The notes: generated from the letters alone by a model not told the origin. 64,000 nt of DNA from Eimeria praecox (GCA_963920595.1 OY986948.1:5518001-5582000), one strand, 5' to 3'. Positions 28,301 through 43,059 are shown, counted from the stretch's first letter. Translations and numbers: made by a program.

Positions 28301-31300
28301 GTACCCGTAGCATTTGGCGGGAGAGGCTTGGATCCAGCATGTGTCAACATTGTGGGCTTATGCAGAGCATGTGCGCGCGGTTGCGGGCGCGCTGGAGCGG
28401 AGAGTTCTCTGTTTTACGCTCGGGCACTGCTATGACCAGAGAGTATGGAATTAGAAGCATTGCTCCGTGCGGTTATGGCTCCTGTTGCGTTTGCCCGTGT
28501 GTGACGGCAACCCTGGACGTGCGTCTGTGTGCATGCCGCTTTGTTGGCTTCCAGTGTGCGTAGAAGCGGCAGCTTATTTTGCAGTAGCCTTTCTTTTTTC
28601 TCGCCTTTACTGTGGCACGTGAATGCCTCAGTACAAAGTGTGTGTTTGAGCGGCAAAGGGCGAAATTACGAACAATGCCAATAAATTGGGGGTGCACCAT
28701 AGATGCAACGCAAAAGATGGTAGAAGGAGGCAGGGAATACGCGGTGATTTGGATCAAACGTTTGTAGCATCTGCAATCAGCCTCGCTACTTTTGATTGTA
28801 GCTGTTCTGCCGGGAGCAGGAGTAGAGATGGGTGTACATCGGCGGGCCGGGGGTTCTGAAACAGTTGTTTAAATCCCCGTGGCGCTTGCGAAAGAGTACG
28901 CGGACCCCCATATCTCAGTGCTGAGCTCTTCTATAGCGCAGGAAAGACCAGGGCTCGTATTGCAAGTCTATGGATGAGGTTTGGCGAAAGTAGTTTAGCT
29001 GCTTTGTGCTTGGAGGAAGTGCAGCTTCTGGATGCGGCATTCATTTTAATAAGGGTACAACATCATACGGCATCGCGTGGTTAAGTGCAGCTAACCCTGA
29101 CCATAGTAGGCAAAGGTAAAGGTAAGCACGCCCGCCCTCGGAGAGCTCGTTACGTCTTCCGAACGTCCAGAACGTTTTTCAACGCTGTTGACCTCCCAGG
29201 GGCAAGCGATGCGACCAGGAACCCCCATGCATTCAGTTCTCTCCTTTAACAGGTGGTGCTAATATTGTTGTAGTTCGCTTGGCATGAATGAAAGGTGGCG
29301 TGTCTATCGGTAGGAGGGTGCGCTGTATTGGGGCGAGCTAGGGCACATGGGCATGCGAGCATTTCGGCCTTGCGCAGTTTGTGTGCACCTCTCTAAGAGA
29401 GTTGCTATCTTCCCTGGCATTGCTTGGTATACTGTCCACAAAATGTGCAAATAATTAGCCACCATAGTTGAGGAAATGCGAAGCGTTTAGAACCAAGAAG
29501 AGGTTGCCGCAAGCCTAGAGCATGGAAAGTGAATTTTTACTTTGTGGACGCAGAAGCTGGTACTGTTATGCTTCAGCGTGTATGAGAGCAGGCTTACATG
29601 TGTATGTACATATGTGCATATTGCGGAGCTGCACTTTGATAATTCGGAGGGAATTTTGCATTCAAGATGGCCTTCTTTGCTTATCACTGAGGCGGGATAC
29701 TCCGATACGCGATATGCCTTTAGCCGACACAGCCACACATGAGAAACAGTGCCGATGAATTGTTGCAGGGGTCCTAGTGCAGCTCCATACCGGGTAGGAA
29801 GAAGCAGTGAATACACAGTGATTTGTATGAACCTATCAGGAGTAAAGACCAGACCGGTGAGGCATGAGGTCCGCTGTTTTGCAGAGGAAGCGAGTAGTGA
29901 AGGCGATGCAGCTTAAGACAAAGTGTAAATCCATATTGGTAGACCAAGGAACTACGGAACTGGGATTCCTGGCGTTGTTTCTTCTTGGGACAGATAAGTT
30001 ACGCTGCGTCCCGTTCCGAGTAGGTGCAACGTCTTAATGTTTAGCTGATACCCGTCCGAGCTAGCCATGCTTCCAAAAAGAAATTATAACGCTTTTCCAC
30101 CAACATCCGGGGCTATCCGGATGCAATCCTCCTTTCGTTTTGTGCGTGATGTATCTTCTTTGTCTTGAAGATGCTCCATTCACTATGCTCTTTCAACGCG
30201 AAGCCATACGACTGGAGGGCTCCATGCAGTCTGCTTCTCTCCTATGCAGTTTGTATTGCCCTCGTGGTTAGTCCGCCTACCCTGGTTAGGATACGCTTTG
30301 TCCTGCAGTCATAGAGATTGTATGCTTCCGCATTCCTTGCTCTGCGATTGCTCATTGTCTCACCCAGGACGTATGCATATAGTTGGTACCCAGAATAGCG
30401 AAAACAGGAAGCCATAACATCTGGAACAGTTGCACCTCACCTGAAGCACCCCACGGATGCTTATCATCGCAACGCAGTTACACGACCAAATCCATTCAGA
30501 GCGGTAGGGTGCAACGCGGGCAAAGCGAAAGCAGGGCAAGAGGGAGGCAGGCCATGCAGCAAAAGCTGCGTAAAACTGCTTACCCATTGTACTAATGAAC
30601 GCCAAAAACGTAGCTCATTGTGCACATACTGGGTAATGCAGAGGGAAGCATAACTCCTACAACTTCTGAATGTAAAATTCTTGGAGGTAATAGTTAAGCC
30701 GAGTAGGTGGAATTCATATTCGTGCCCTGTGTGCCTTTTTGAGCTGACCATATCGCAGCAGGGTGTTCGATTCGCTTTCTACCCGCATTAGGGGCAAATG
30801 CAATACTCATTGCATGCGCACGATATACCGTCGTTGTTGTGCTCCACGTGCTCGATTGCCGTTGGCCACCCGCCAAGACGCCATTCGACCAAGCTATCCC
30901 CTGCAGGCAGCTGCGCCTTCCTGGAATTAGCTAACTCGATCTTTGCTTGCGTGCCCGCTATAGTAGCATTTTGGCAACTGGCGGGGGTATACGTAGTATT
31001 TTGTCGGAGGTGTGGGAGCTTGCAAGTGTGAGCTTAATGTGATCATGGACGTTGTGTGCTCGGGTCCACGAGAGCAGTATGACGCAGCCCTTTCTTGGGT
31101 TGCGGCCGCTCATTGCTTTGCCCAGGAAGTATGCATATAGTTGGTTCCCATAATAGCAAAGACGGGAAGCCGTAGCAGCTTGAAGAGTTGTAGCAAGCAT
31201 GAAATACCCCATGCACCCTTATCGTGTGAACGCAGTGACAGGCACACATCCGTTCAGGGCTGTTTTGGGGCAAGCACGAATGCACACGCAAATGCATAGG

Positions 31301-34300
31301 GGTTTATGACGTTGCTCTGTGAGAAGGCGTACAAGCTCACTCTGGTTTAGCCATGCACTTCTACGAGGTGTTATCAGCGAGGCGCTTGGGTGAATGCATT
31401 ATGGACGATGCACATGAATTGATGAGGCAATATATGCACGGCGCAGTGCGAATTGCACGCCGCATCCGACGGCGTGGCCAGCATACGAGTTGTGGAAGTC
31501 TACATGGCGCTTGCACAAAAGAACGCAGAAACCGCAGCGCAGCCACTTCCTTGTTGTGTGGAGGGGCTAATCAAGCTCTCTACCTTTTGAATTAGGTGCA
31601 ACGTATACGTGCGGGCTTAACAGGAACAAAGTAATCGATCTATATGCTCATGATGCTTCAGGAAGCTGTTAAACATTTTCGACTATCGACGGCTCGCAAG
31701 CAAGCAAAGACTCTATGGGCACCCAATGCAGCCAGCCATATGTTTTTGCATTTGGTGGGCCGCGTGGCCTTGGTGAAATCAGCACAGTTGGAAGCAAGAC
31801 GTATACGTAGAACTTGGCGAAGGGATAGAGAACTTGCGTGTATGAGCATCATGGGCTCGCCAAATCTGTGCTCGCACGTGTACATGCCCGGTGTGCCGAA
31901 AGCGTATATGAGGTCATCCTCGCCCTGTGTTTTGTGCAGGAAGTATGCGCATAATTATTTACAAGACATGCCGACATTCTAAGCATTTAATAGCCAAAAT
32001 AGCTTATTTGTCTATTCCCTGCTATCGGTACTGCTGCGTTTCAGGAAGTACGACAGCAGGCATGGATATGCATGTTCATGCGTGGAGATACGTGGCATTG
32101 CAGTGTGAAAAAAATATTTCTTTTTTGCCTTGAACTCGCCCTTCCTTGATGTCATCAGGGCGAGAGTGTTTCGATGCTTGACATGCGTTTGCGCGAGGGA
32201 GCCTGGCATTACGAAAAAAATCGGTTAATTGGCGACACAGTATATATATGCGGCGCATTGCATGCAGTGACTACGGCGGCGAGCTCTGCTAAAGGTAGTG
32301 GTAGTGTGGGCGATTATCCCGTCTTTTGTATGGTGGCAGTTGTTCCGCGGGAAAGCGGTAAAAGCGAAGAATGGGTTCACGGAGGACAGGACCGGTGGCA
32401 CAAGCTCTGTAAATCTGCACACTGGTTGCACAAAAGGAGACCGATTCCGTAGCTCATTGTATAGCAATTAGATAGCGGAGAAGGGAGTGTGATTTCTAGG
32501 GCACACGGGTGTAGAATGCGTGATGAGAATAATCACGTTGTAGTTAGGCTGTTTTGTGTTGCGAGCGCGTGGAACTAGTTTGAGCTGGCCGTATTGCAGC
32601 GGGGCGCCCGAAGCCCTTTCTACCAGCATCCGAGCTCAACGTAAAGTGCGATGCTTACTGCATGTGCAAGATATATCATTGCCTCCGTGTTCAGCATGCT
32701 CGATTGTCGGTGGTCTTTCCGCAAGAAATGACCACGAGGCCCCATGCAGGCAGCTGGCTGTTTGCGCAGTTGGTAATAAGCTTGAATGTGGGTTGTTTGA
32801 CCTGGTTGAAATCAGCTCTGTCTACGTACGAGTGTACTCTGTCTATTTGGCGGGGATGTAGGGAGCGAGGCAATGTGAGCGTTTTGGACGGTATGCAAAT
32901 TGTGCGGGCGCCTACGGGGGCGCTTCGGCAAAGCCTTTACTTGAGCTAGGATCGCGCCTTCATTTGCGCAGAGAGTATGCAATTGCAGTCAAAATTGCCT
33001 CGCAGTCATGGGATACTGTTTCTTTTCAGGTTTTCTTGCGCCAGGCATGGGTGTGAGCATGCATACATACAGAGGTGTGCAGGAAAATCGTGGAGAGAAG
33101 CCGAGGTTCGTTCGGGCTTCCTTCGACATTGTGGCCAACACGACGTTCGTAAATCCGCATGTCGCTTGCACCAAGGAGCTCGGAAACTGTGGCGCACTGC
33201 GAAGCAGGGAGGTAACGCTATGCGGAGTGGAATCCGTAATGCAGGCGTCTGTTTTGGGATTGGCAAGATTAGCTAGGCCGTTTTGCATTCGCAGTAGGTG
33301 CCACGTAAGAATGCTACAGATTTGACTTTAGCGAAGTGACGATAAACTGTTGATAGCGCTTCGGCATGCTAGGCTGCGGCAAACGAGCAGCAGACGCTTG
33401 TTTTGCACGCACGCGGTGGTTCCCGAGCGTATTGAGCATTTTCAATTATTGCTGGTCTCCCAAGAGCAAGGTGTGCGGGAGGCGCGCCCCATGCAGCCAC
33501 ATGCATTGTTTTGCGCTCAGTAGGAGGCCTGCGCTTCGCCTGTCCTTGGTTAAGTCCTGCCTGTTAGCTGTAGGACGTGCAAGGAGTATCTGGAGGCACG
33601 CTAGAAGACGTGCATGTGTGAAATTTGTTGCTTTCCGTGGTTTGCATGCCCGCGTCTAAGCGCATGCTGTGGCGAAATCTTCTCTCGCGTCCCCATCGCC
33701 TGCTGCGTTGGCCAGAGGGTATGCAAATGGCTGCCTGCCAGGGTTGGGTATATGCTAGACATTTAGCAGCTAGAACAGTTTGTAGCACATCTGAAGCAGT
33801 GGCTGCTATATTGATTAAATGATTCGCCACTATGGGTACTGTTACATTTCAGCGTGTATGAGAGCAGGCATAGATGCGTGTCTGTGTGCGTGGGTGTGTC
33901 GGAGTCCAGCATTGTGGTGTTGCAGTGTAAGGAACAGGAGCCCGTTTTTCTGAGGCGGTGTTCGGTTTTGGCTTTTGCTGGGCGGGGCGCCTCGACACGC
34001 GATTGGGTTTACACGACAGAGACTAGCAGTACGGGCGGTGTCAGGATGTTCGAAGTACGACCCACGGGGAAGCAGCGCCTACGCTAGGTGTACTCGGTAG
34101 ATCTTCAGTTGCGTTGGCACTGAGTCCGGTTATGCATAATACATGCTGTTCCCCGACAAAGAGGAGTAGCGAAGCGCTAGTCGCGAACAGCGTTGCGACC
34201 AACGTGAGTTGCGTAGATCTGCATGGCGCCTGCATAAGGGAGCCTGCAGGTCATTATGCAGCTACTCAATAACATGCAGGAAAACGGGACCCGTGGTGCA

Positions 34301-34477
34301 GGTAAAGGCGTTGGGATTGGCGAGATTATTTAAGCTGTTTTGCGTTGGGACTAGGTGCAGCATACGAATGTGCCAATCACTTTCGTTCGAGCACGCCAAG
34401 CTATTGATAGGACTCCAGCATAGCAAGCAGAGACAAACAGGAATCAGGCCTTCGGTTTGCCGACGCATGGCGTTTTC
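25360..34477 (+). repeat. ~9.18 kb repeat, copy C
   Basis: Near-identical to copy A at offset 11397-11398 and to copy D at offset 9178. Confidence 0.95.
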
Positions 34478-37400
34478 CGAACGCCGCGAACGTTTCCGAT
34501 TATCGCTCGCCTTTGCCCCACAAATCGTTTGACACGGAGCACTCATGCAACCCACTGCACTGTTTAACAGTTGGTATTAGGCTTGGGCTTGCTTCGTTTT
34601 CTTTGTTTACAATAAGCTCTGTCTTCCGACGGTCGAGCTGCCCGTGTTGGGCTAGAGCTAAGAAGCGTGAAACAAGGAGCTTCCTAAGTTTGAGTCGTTT
34701 GTGTTCGCGCCCGCCCTAACGCGATGTCCGGAGGCATTCTGTCGCGCTTTTATCCCCGGCTGTTCTGACCAGGCTGTATGCACATGATTCACTGCCGCAG
34801 TTGCCGATCCACGGAGCACCTAGCCGCTATAACGGTTTGGCGGAAGCTTGAAACGCACGCAACACACTTACCTTCCCTGCGGGGTTGTTGGCATTATTGC
34901 GTTTCACGTTTTGTTAAGGGAGGCTCGGGCATGAAGGTGGATACCTAGAGATACATGTGCGTGCTAGCTTAGGATTACGAGCTGCTTCTGCTCTAGCCTT
35001 GTTTTGCTCGGTACCAGCATGTTCAGGATGTTTTGATACGCGGCATGCGTAGGTAGCACCTAGTCTGGTTGTAGGAACGATCGTAGTGAGTTAGCGACGC
35101 AATATCCGCCCAGCCCAACCCATGGTGGGAGAGTGCAGCGACTCCCAAATGTGCGTTGTGCCTACCACTCAGCAGCGTTGGCAACTATCCCGCCTCTGCA
35201 GGATAACGGCTGCGCTCCAGGTGAAAACGAGGAACGACGAGTTGGCCCGCGAAGCCCACCACAAGCAGCAAAAGCTGCGTAAAACTGCTTACCCGTTGTA
35301 CGAATGAACGCCCAAACCGTAGCTCATTGTGCACATACTGGGTAATGCAGAGGGATGCATAACTCCTACAACTTCTGAATGTAAAATTCTTGGATGTAAT
35401 AGTTAAGCTGGTTTTTGTTCCGAGTAGGTGGAATTCATATTCGTGCCCTGTGTGCCTTTTTGAGCTGACCATATCGCAGCAGGGTGTTCGATTCGCTTTC
35501 TACCCGCATTAGGGGCAAATGCAATACTCACTGCATGCGCACGATATACCGTCGTTGTTGTGCTCCACGTGCTCGATTGCCGTTGGCCACCCGCCAAGAC
35601 GCCATTCGACCAAGCTATCCCCTGCAGGTAGCTGCGCCTTCCTGGAATTAGCTAACTTGAGCTTTGCTTGCGTGCCCGCTATAGTAGCATTTTGGCTACT
35701 GACGGGGGTATACGTAGTATTTTGTCGGAGGTGTGGGAGCTTGCAAGTGTGAGCTTAATGTGATCATGGACGTTGTGTGCTCGGGTCCACGAGAGCAGTA
35801 TGACGCAGCCCTTTCTTGGGTTGCGGCCGCTCATTGCTTTGCCCAGGAAGTATGCATAGAGGTTCATTAGCGTGGTTGGTCAGCCTGAATATTGGTGGCG
35901 GTGATTGTTCTGAATGTGAAAAATCACCGCCAACCATAGGAAATATAGGAAATGCCGGGCTGCTGATGGCAGGGCAACGAGCACGAGTTCTGCTGATCTC
36001 CATGGCTCTTGCACAGAAAGGAGCTGAGCTGGTAGATCACTATATACGTATTGGGCAGCGCGAAAGAGCGCCGAACCCGTAGGGCAGGCGGCTGTTCTGA
36101 GTTGGGCTAAGCTAGCTAAAGCGTTTTGCGTTCGGCGTAGGTGCGATTTATGAATGTCCTACTAGCTTTCTTGAGATTCGTATCTCCAGGAAGCGAGCTG
36201 GTGGCACTATAATATAGTAAGCAGAGGCAAACAGGAAGCAGCCCCTCGCATTGCACACCCCTGATGTCTTTTGAACGTCTTGAATGTTTGTGGGTTCCCC
36301 TGGTCTTCCAAGAAGAAGTAAATCAACAAGGACGTACCGTCCAGCCAGTTGCATTCTTTAGCAATTAATACTGACCGTGTTCTTGGTTGCTGACTCTCCT
36401 TGAACGTATCTCCGGCTGCTGGCAGAAACATAAACAGTATTTGGGTCAGGCCTGGGGGATGTGCAGTCGATCATCTTGGGGGTCTGTAGTTTGGCTGTGC
36501 ATGGCATCGCGGGCGGTCAAGCCAAGCCTTCTTTGCAGCTGCAAGCGCCCACCATTCCTTCCAGAGAGTGTGCAAATGATTGGTTGCGGTAGCTACGGAG
36601 ATATGAAGGCCTTCCCGGTTGGAATAGGCTGTGCCACGCCTAGAGCACCCGAAGGGAATATCTACTTTGTAGTCGCAACTATCGCTACTGTTACTTTACA
36701 GCTTGTATGAGCGGAGCCATGGCTGTGTATGCGCATGCGCGCAGATTCGTGGAGCTCCACTGTGAGGAAAAGTGGTAACTCGCTTTTCTTTGGCGGTGCT
36801 CTTCTTTGGCTTGTACTGGAGAGCGGTCGTTCAATTTGATAGATGTGTATGCGAGAAAACAAACTGTATCAGTGAATTCGTGAGGCACGTGGTGGGAGGA
36901 AGCTGCGACTAAACAGTGATTTGCGGCACAGCCTTACTTCTACTAACGGGCAGTCCGGGTATGCTTGATTTCAGTTGTTCCCTGGAGAAAGGGAATAGCC
37001 AAGAGTGGGTCGAGGCCGACAGTGCAACCACGGCAAGTTGTGTGGATTCGCATGGCGCTTGCACAAGAGAACACCGAATCGACAGCGCATTGTGCACCAG
37101 CGTTTTGACAGAACCCCAGGCTACACTGGGAGACCAGGTGGATGATTCTGGTTGGGCGAGGTTCGCTAGGCTGTTTTGTGCTTTGACGTGGAGCAGCGTC
37201 AGCGTATGCCGCTGCTGTTCCTGTGAGGCAGCCATGTCGCCGCAGGATCTACGAAAGATTGTTCCGTCAACCACCACGGTGAACAGGATACAGCTGGCCT
37301 CCTTTCACGGGCGCGATAAGGCATATGGGGAGATTTCGATTCGCATTGGCTTTCTACCAAAATGCAGCTCGACAGAGACGCCCCACGCGGCCAGCTGCAC

Positions 37401-40400
37401 CATTTTGCTGTTCGTATAGTGCTTGAGCTTGCTTCGTCTGGCCTGCCTGATTGAAACCATCTCCGTCCTTCGCAAGCAGTACCCGTAGCATTTGGCGGGA
37501 GAGGCTTGGATCCAGCATGTGTCAACATTGTGGGCTTATGCAGAGCATGTGCGCGCGGTTGCGGGCGCGCTGGAGCGGAGAGTTCTCTGTTTTACGCTCG
37601 GGCACTGCTATGACCAGAGAGTATGGAATTAGAAGCATTGCTCCGTGCGGTTATGGCTCCTGTTGCGTTTGCCCGTGTGTGACGGCAACCCTGGACGTGC
37701 GTCTGTGTGCATGCCGCTTTGTTGGCTTCCAGTGTGCGTAGAAGCGGCAGCTTATTTTGCAGTAGCCTTTCTTTTTTCTCGCCTTTACTGTGGCACGTGA
37801 ATGCCTCAGTACAAAGTGTGTGTTTGAGCGGCAAAGGGCGAAATTACGAACAATGCCAATAAATTGGGGGTGCACCATAGATGCAACGCAAAAGATGGTA
37901 GAAGGAGGCAGGGAATACGCGGTGATTTGGATCAAACGTTTGTAGCATCTGCAATCAGCCTCGCTACTTTTGATTGTAGCTGTTCTGCCGGGAGCAGGAG
38001 TAGAGATGGGTGTACATCGGCGGGCCGGGGGTTCTGAAACAGTTGTTTAAATCCCCGTGGCGCTTGCGAAAGAGTACGCGGACCCCCATATCTCAGTGCT
38101 GAGCTCTTCTATAGCGCAGGAAAGACCAGGGCTCGTATTGCAAGTCTATGGATGAGGTTTGGCGAAAGTAGTTTAGCTGCTTTGTGCTTGGAGGAAGTGC
38201 AGCTTCTGGATGCGGCATTCATTTTAATAAGGGTACAACATCATACGGCATCGCGTGGTTAAGTGCAGCTAACCCTGACCATAGTAGGCAAAGGTAAAGG
38301 TAAGCACGCCCGCCCTCGGAGAGCTCGTTACGTCTTCCGAACGTCCAGAACGTTTTTCAACGCTGTTGACCTCCCAGGGGCAAGCGATGCGACCAGGAAC
38401 CCCCTTGCATTCAGTTCTCTCCTTTAACAGGTGGTGCTAATATTGTTGTAGTTCGCTTGGCATGAATGAAAGGTGGCGTGTCTATCGGTAGGAGGGTGCG
38501 CTGTATTGGGGCGAGCTAGGGCACATGGGCATGCGAGCATTTCGGCCTTGCGCAGTTTGTGTGCACCTCTCTAAGAGAGTTGCTATCTTCCCTGGCATTG
38601 CTTGGTATACTGTCCACAAAATGTGCAAATAATTAGCCACCATAGTTGAGGAAATGCGAAGCGTTTAGAACCAAGAAGAGGTTGCCGCAAGCCTAGAGCA
38701 TGGAAAGTGAATTTTTACTTTGTGGACGCAGAAGCTGGTACTGTTATGCTTCAGCGTGTATGAGAGCAGGCTTACATGTGTATGTACATATGTGCATATT
38801 GCGGAGCTGCACTTTGATAATTCGGAGGGAATTTTGCATTCAAGATGGCCTTCTTTGCTTATCACTGAGGCGGGATACTCCGATACGCGATATGCCTTTA
38901 GCCGACACAGCCACACATGAGAAACAGTGCCGATGAATTGTTGCAGGGGTCCTAGTGCAGCTCCATACCGGGTAGGAAGAAGCAGTGAATACACAGTGAT
39001 TTGTATGAACCTATCAGGAGTAAAGACCAGACCGGTGAGGCGTGAGGTCCGCTGTTTTGCAGAGGAAGCGAGTAGTGAAGGCGATGCAGCTTAAGACAAA
39101 GTGTAAATCCATATTGGTAGACCAAGGAACTACGGAACTGGGATTCCTGGCGTTGTTTCTTCTTGGGACAGATAAGTTACGCTGCGTCCCGTTCCGAGTA
39201 GGTGCAACGTCTTAATGTTTAGCTGATACCCGTCCGAGCTAGCCATGCTTCCAAAAAGAAATTATAACGCTTTTCCACCAACATCCGGGGCTATCCGGAT
39301 GCAATCCTCCTTTCGTTTTGTGCGTGATGTATCTTCTTTGTCTTGAAGATGCTCCATTCACTATGCTCTTTCAACGCGAAGCCATACGACTGGAGGGCTC
39401 CATGCAGTCTGCTTCTCTCCTATGCAGTTTGTATTGCCCTCGTGGTTAGTCCGCCTACCCTGGTTAGGATACGCTTTGTCCTGCAGTCATAGAGATTGTA
39501 TGCTTCCGCATTCCTTGCTCTGCGATTGCTCATTGTCTCACCCAGGACGTATGCATATAGTTGGTACCCAGAATAGCGAAAACAGGAAGCCATAACATCT
39601 GGAACAGTTGCACCTCACCTGAAGCACCCCACGGATGCTTATCATCGCAACGCAGTTACACGACCAAATCCATTCAGAGCGGTAGGGTGCAACGCGGGCA
39701 AAGCGAAAGCAGGGCAAGAGGGAGGCAGGCCATGCAGCAAAAGCTGCGTAAAACTGCTTACCCATTGTACTAATGAACGCCAAAAACGTAGCTCATTGTG
39801 CACATACTGGGTAATGCAGAGGGAAGCATAACTCCTACAACTTCTGAATGTAAAATTCTTGGAGGTAATAGTTAAGCCGAGTAGGTGGAATTCATATTCG
39901 TGCCCTGTGTGCCTTTTTGAGCTGACCATATCGCAGCAGGGTGTTCGATTCGCTTTCTACCCGCATTAGGGGCAAATGCAATACTCATTGCATGCGCACG
40001 ATATACCGTCGTTGTTGTGCTCCACGTGCTCGATTGCCGTTGGCCACCCGCCAAGACGCCATTCGACCAAGCTATCCCCTGCAGGCAGCTGCGCCTTCCT
40101 GGAATTAGCTAACTCGATCTTTGCTTGCGTGCCCGCTATAGTAGCATTTTGGCTACTGACGGGGGTATACGTAGTATTTTGTCGGAGGTGTGGGAGCTTG
40201 CAAGTGTGAGCTTAATGTGATCATGGACGTTGTGTGCTCGGGTCCACGAGAGCAGTATGACGCAGCCCTTTCTTGGGTTGCGGCCGCTCATTGCTTTGCC
40301 CAGGAAGTATGCATATAGTTGGTTCCCATAATAGCAAAGAAGGGAAGCCGTAGCAGCTTGAAGAGTTGTAGCAAGCATGAAATACCCCATGCACCCTTAT

Positions 40401-43059
40401 CGTGTGAACGCAGTGACAGGCACACATCCGTTCAGGGCTGTTTTGGGGCAAGCACGAATGCACACGCAAATGCATAGGGGTTTATGACGTTGCTCTGTGA
40501 GAAGGCGTACAAGCTCACTCTGGTTTAGCCATGCACTTCTACGAGGTGTTATCAGCGAGGCGCTTGGGTGAATGCATTATGGACGATGCACATGAATTGA
40601 TGAGGCAATATATGCACGGCGCAGTGCGAATTGCACGCCGCATCCGACGGCGTGGCCAGCATACGAGTTGTGGAAGTCTACATGGCGCTTGCACAAAAGA
40701 ACGCAGAAACCGCAGCGCAGCCACTTCCTTGTTGTGTGGAGGGGCTAATCAAGCTCTCTACCTTTTGAATTAGGTGCAACGTATACGTGCGGGCTTAACA
40801 GGAACAAAGTAATCGATCTATATGCTCATGATGCTTCAGGAAGCTGTTAAACATTTTCGACTATCGACGGCTCGCAAGCAAGCAAAGACTCTATGGGCAC
40901 CCAATGCAGCCAGCCATATGTTTTTGCATTTGGTGGGCCGCGTGGCCTTGGTGAAATCAGCACAGTTGGAAGTAAGACGTATACGTAGAACTTGGCGAAG
41001 GGATAGAGAACTTGCGTGTATGAGCATCATGGGCTCGCCAAATCTGTGCTCGCACGTGTACATGCCCGGTGTGCCGAAAGCGTATATGAGGTCATCCTCG
41101 CCCTGTGTTTTGTGCAGGAAGTATGCGCATAATTATTTACAAGACATGCCGACATTCTAAGCATTTAATAGCCAAAATAGCTGTTAATATAGCCAGGCTA
41201 TCTCAAGGAAACATGTATTTTCCCTGCTATCGGTACTGTTGCGTTTCACCTTTGTACGGCAGCAGACATGGATGTGTATGTTCACGCGTGGAGATACGTG
41301 GCATTGCAGTGTGAAAAAAATATTTCTTTTTTGCCTTGAACTCGCCCTTCCTTGATGTCATCAGGGCGAGAGTGTTTCGATGCTTGACATGCGTTTGCGC
41401 GAGGGAGCCTGGCATTACGAAAAAATTCGGTTAATTGGCGACACAGTATATATATGCGGCGCATTGCATGCAGTGACTACGGCGGCGAGCTCTGCTAAAG
41501 GTAGTGGTAGTGTGGGCGATTATCCCGTCTTTTGTATGGTGGCAGTTGTTCCGCGGGAAAGCGGTAAAAGCGAAGAGTGGGTTCACGGAGGACAGGACCG
41601 GTGGCACAAGCTCTGTAAATCTGCACACTGGTTGCACAAAAGGAGACCGATTCCGTAGCTCATTGTATAGCAATTAGATAGCGGAGAAGGGAGTGTGATT
41701 TCTAGGGCACACGGGTGTAGAATGCGTGATGAGAATAATCACGTTGTAGTTAGGCTGTTTTGTGTTGCGAGCACGTGGAACTAGTTTGAGCTGGCCGTAT
41801 TGCAGCGGGGCGCCCGAAGCCCTTTCTACCAGCATCCGAGCTCAACGTAAAGTGCGATGCTTACTGCATGTGCAAGATATATCATTGCCTCCGTGTTCAG
41901 CATGCTCGATTGTCGGTGGTCTTTCCGCAAGAAATGACCACGAGGCCCCATGCAGGCAGCTGGCTGTTTGCGCAGTTGGTAATAAGCTTGAATGTGGGTT
42001 GTTTGACCTGGTTGAAATCAGCTCTGTCTGCGTGCGAGTGTACTCTGTCTATTTGGCGGGGATGTAGGGAGCGAGGCAATGTGAGCGTTTTGGACGGTAT
42101 GCAAATTGTGCGGGCGCCTACGGGGGCGCTTCGGCAAAGCCTTTACTTGAGCTAGGATCTTCATTCATCATTCATTTGCGCAGAGAGTATGCAATTGCAG
42201 TCAAAATTGCCTCGCAGTCATGGGATACTGTTTCTTTTCAGGTTTTCTTGCGCCAGGCATGGGTGTGAGCATGCATACATACAGAGGTGTGCAGGAAAAT
42301 CGTGGAGAGAAGCCGAGGTTCGTTCGGGCTTCCTTCGACATTGTGGCCAACACGACGTTCGTAAATCCGCATGTCGCTTGCACCAAGGAGCTCGGAAACT
42401 GTGGCGCACTGCGAAGCAGGGAGGTAACGCTATGCGGAGTGGAATCCGTAATGCAGGCGTCTGTTTTGGGATTGGCAAGATTAGCTAGGCCGTTTTGCAT
42501 TCGCAATAGGTGCCACTTAAGAATGCTACAGATTTGACTTTAGCGAAGTGACGATAAACTGTTGATAGCGCTTCGGCATGCTAGGCTGCGGCAAACGAGC
42601 AGCAGACCCTTGTTTTGCACGCACGCGGTGGTTCCCGAGCGTATTGAGCATTTTCAATTATTGCTGGTCTCCCAAGAGCAAGGTGTGCGGGAGGCGCGCC
42701 CCATGCAGCCACATGCATTGTTTTGCGCTCAGTAGGAGGCCTGCGCTTCGCCTGTCCTTGGTTAAGTCCTGCCTGTTAGCTGTAGGACGTGCAAGGAGTA
42801 TCTGGAGGCACGCTAGAAGACGTGCATGTGTGAAATTTGTTGCTTTCCGTGGTTTGCATGCCCGCGTCTAAGCACATGCTGTGGCGAAATCTTCTCTCGC
42901 GTCCCCATCGCCTGCTGCGTTGGCCACAAAGTATGCACATGATTACTTACCAGAACTGGGGATATGCTAGATATTTAGCAGCTAGAACAGTTTGTAGCAC
43001 ATCTGAAGCAATGGCTGCTATATTGTGTAAATGATTCGCCACTGTGGGTACTGTTACGT
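34478..43059 (+). repeat. ~9.18 kb repeat, copy D (lacks the last ~0.6 kb; distal end more diverged)
   Basis: Offset from copy C is 9178, rising to 9206 after ~41200 and 9212 after ~42160. Similarity ends after GGGTACTGTTACGTTT. Confidence 0.93.
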
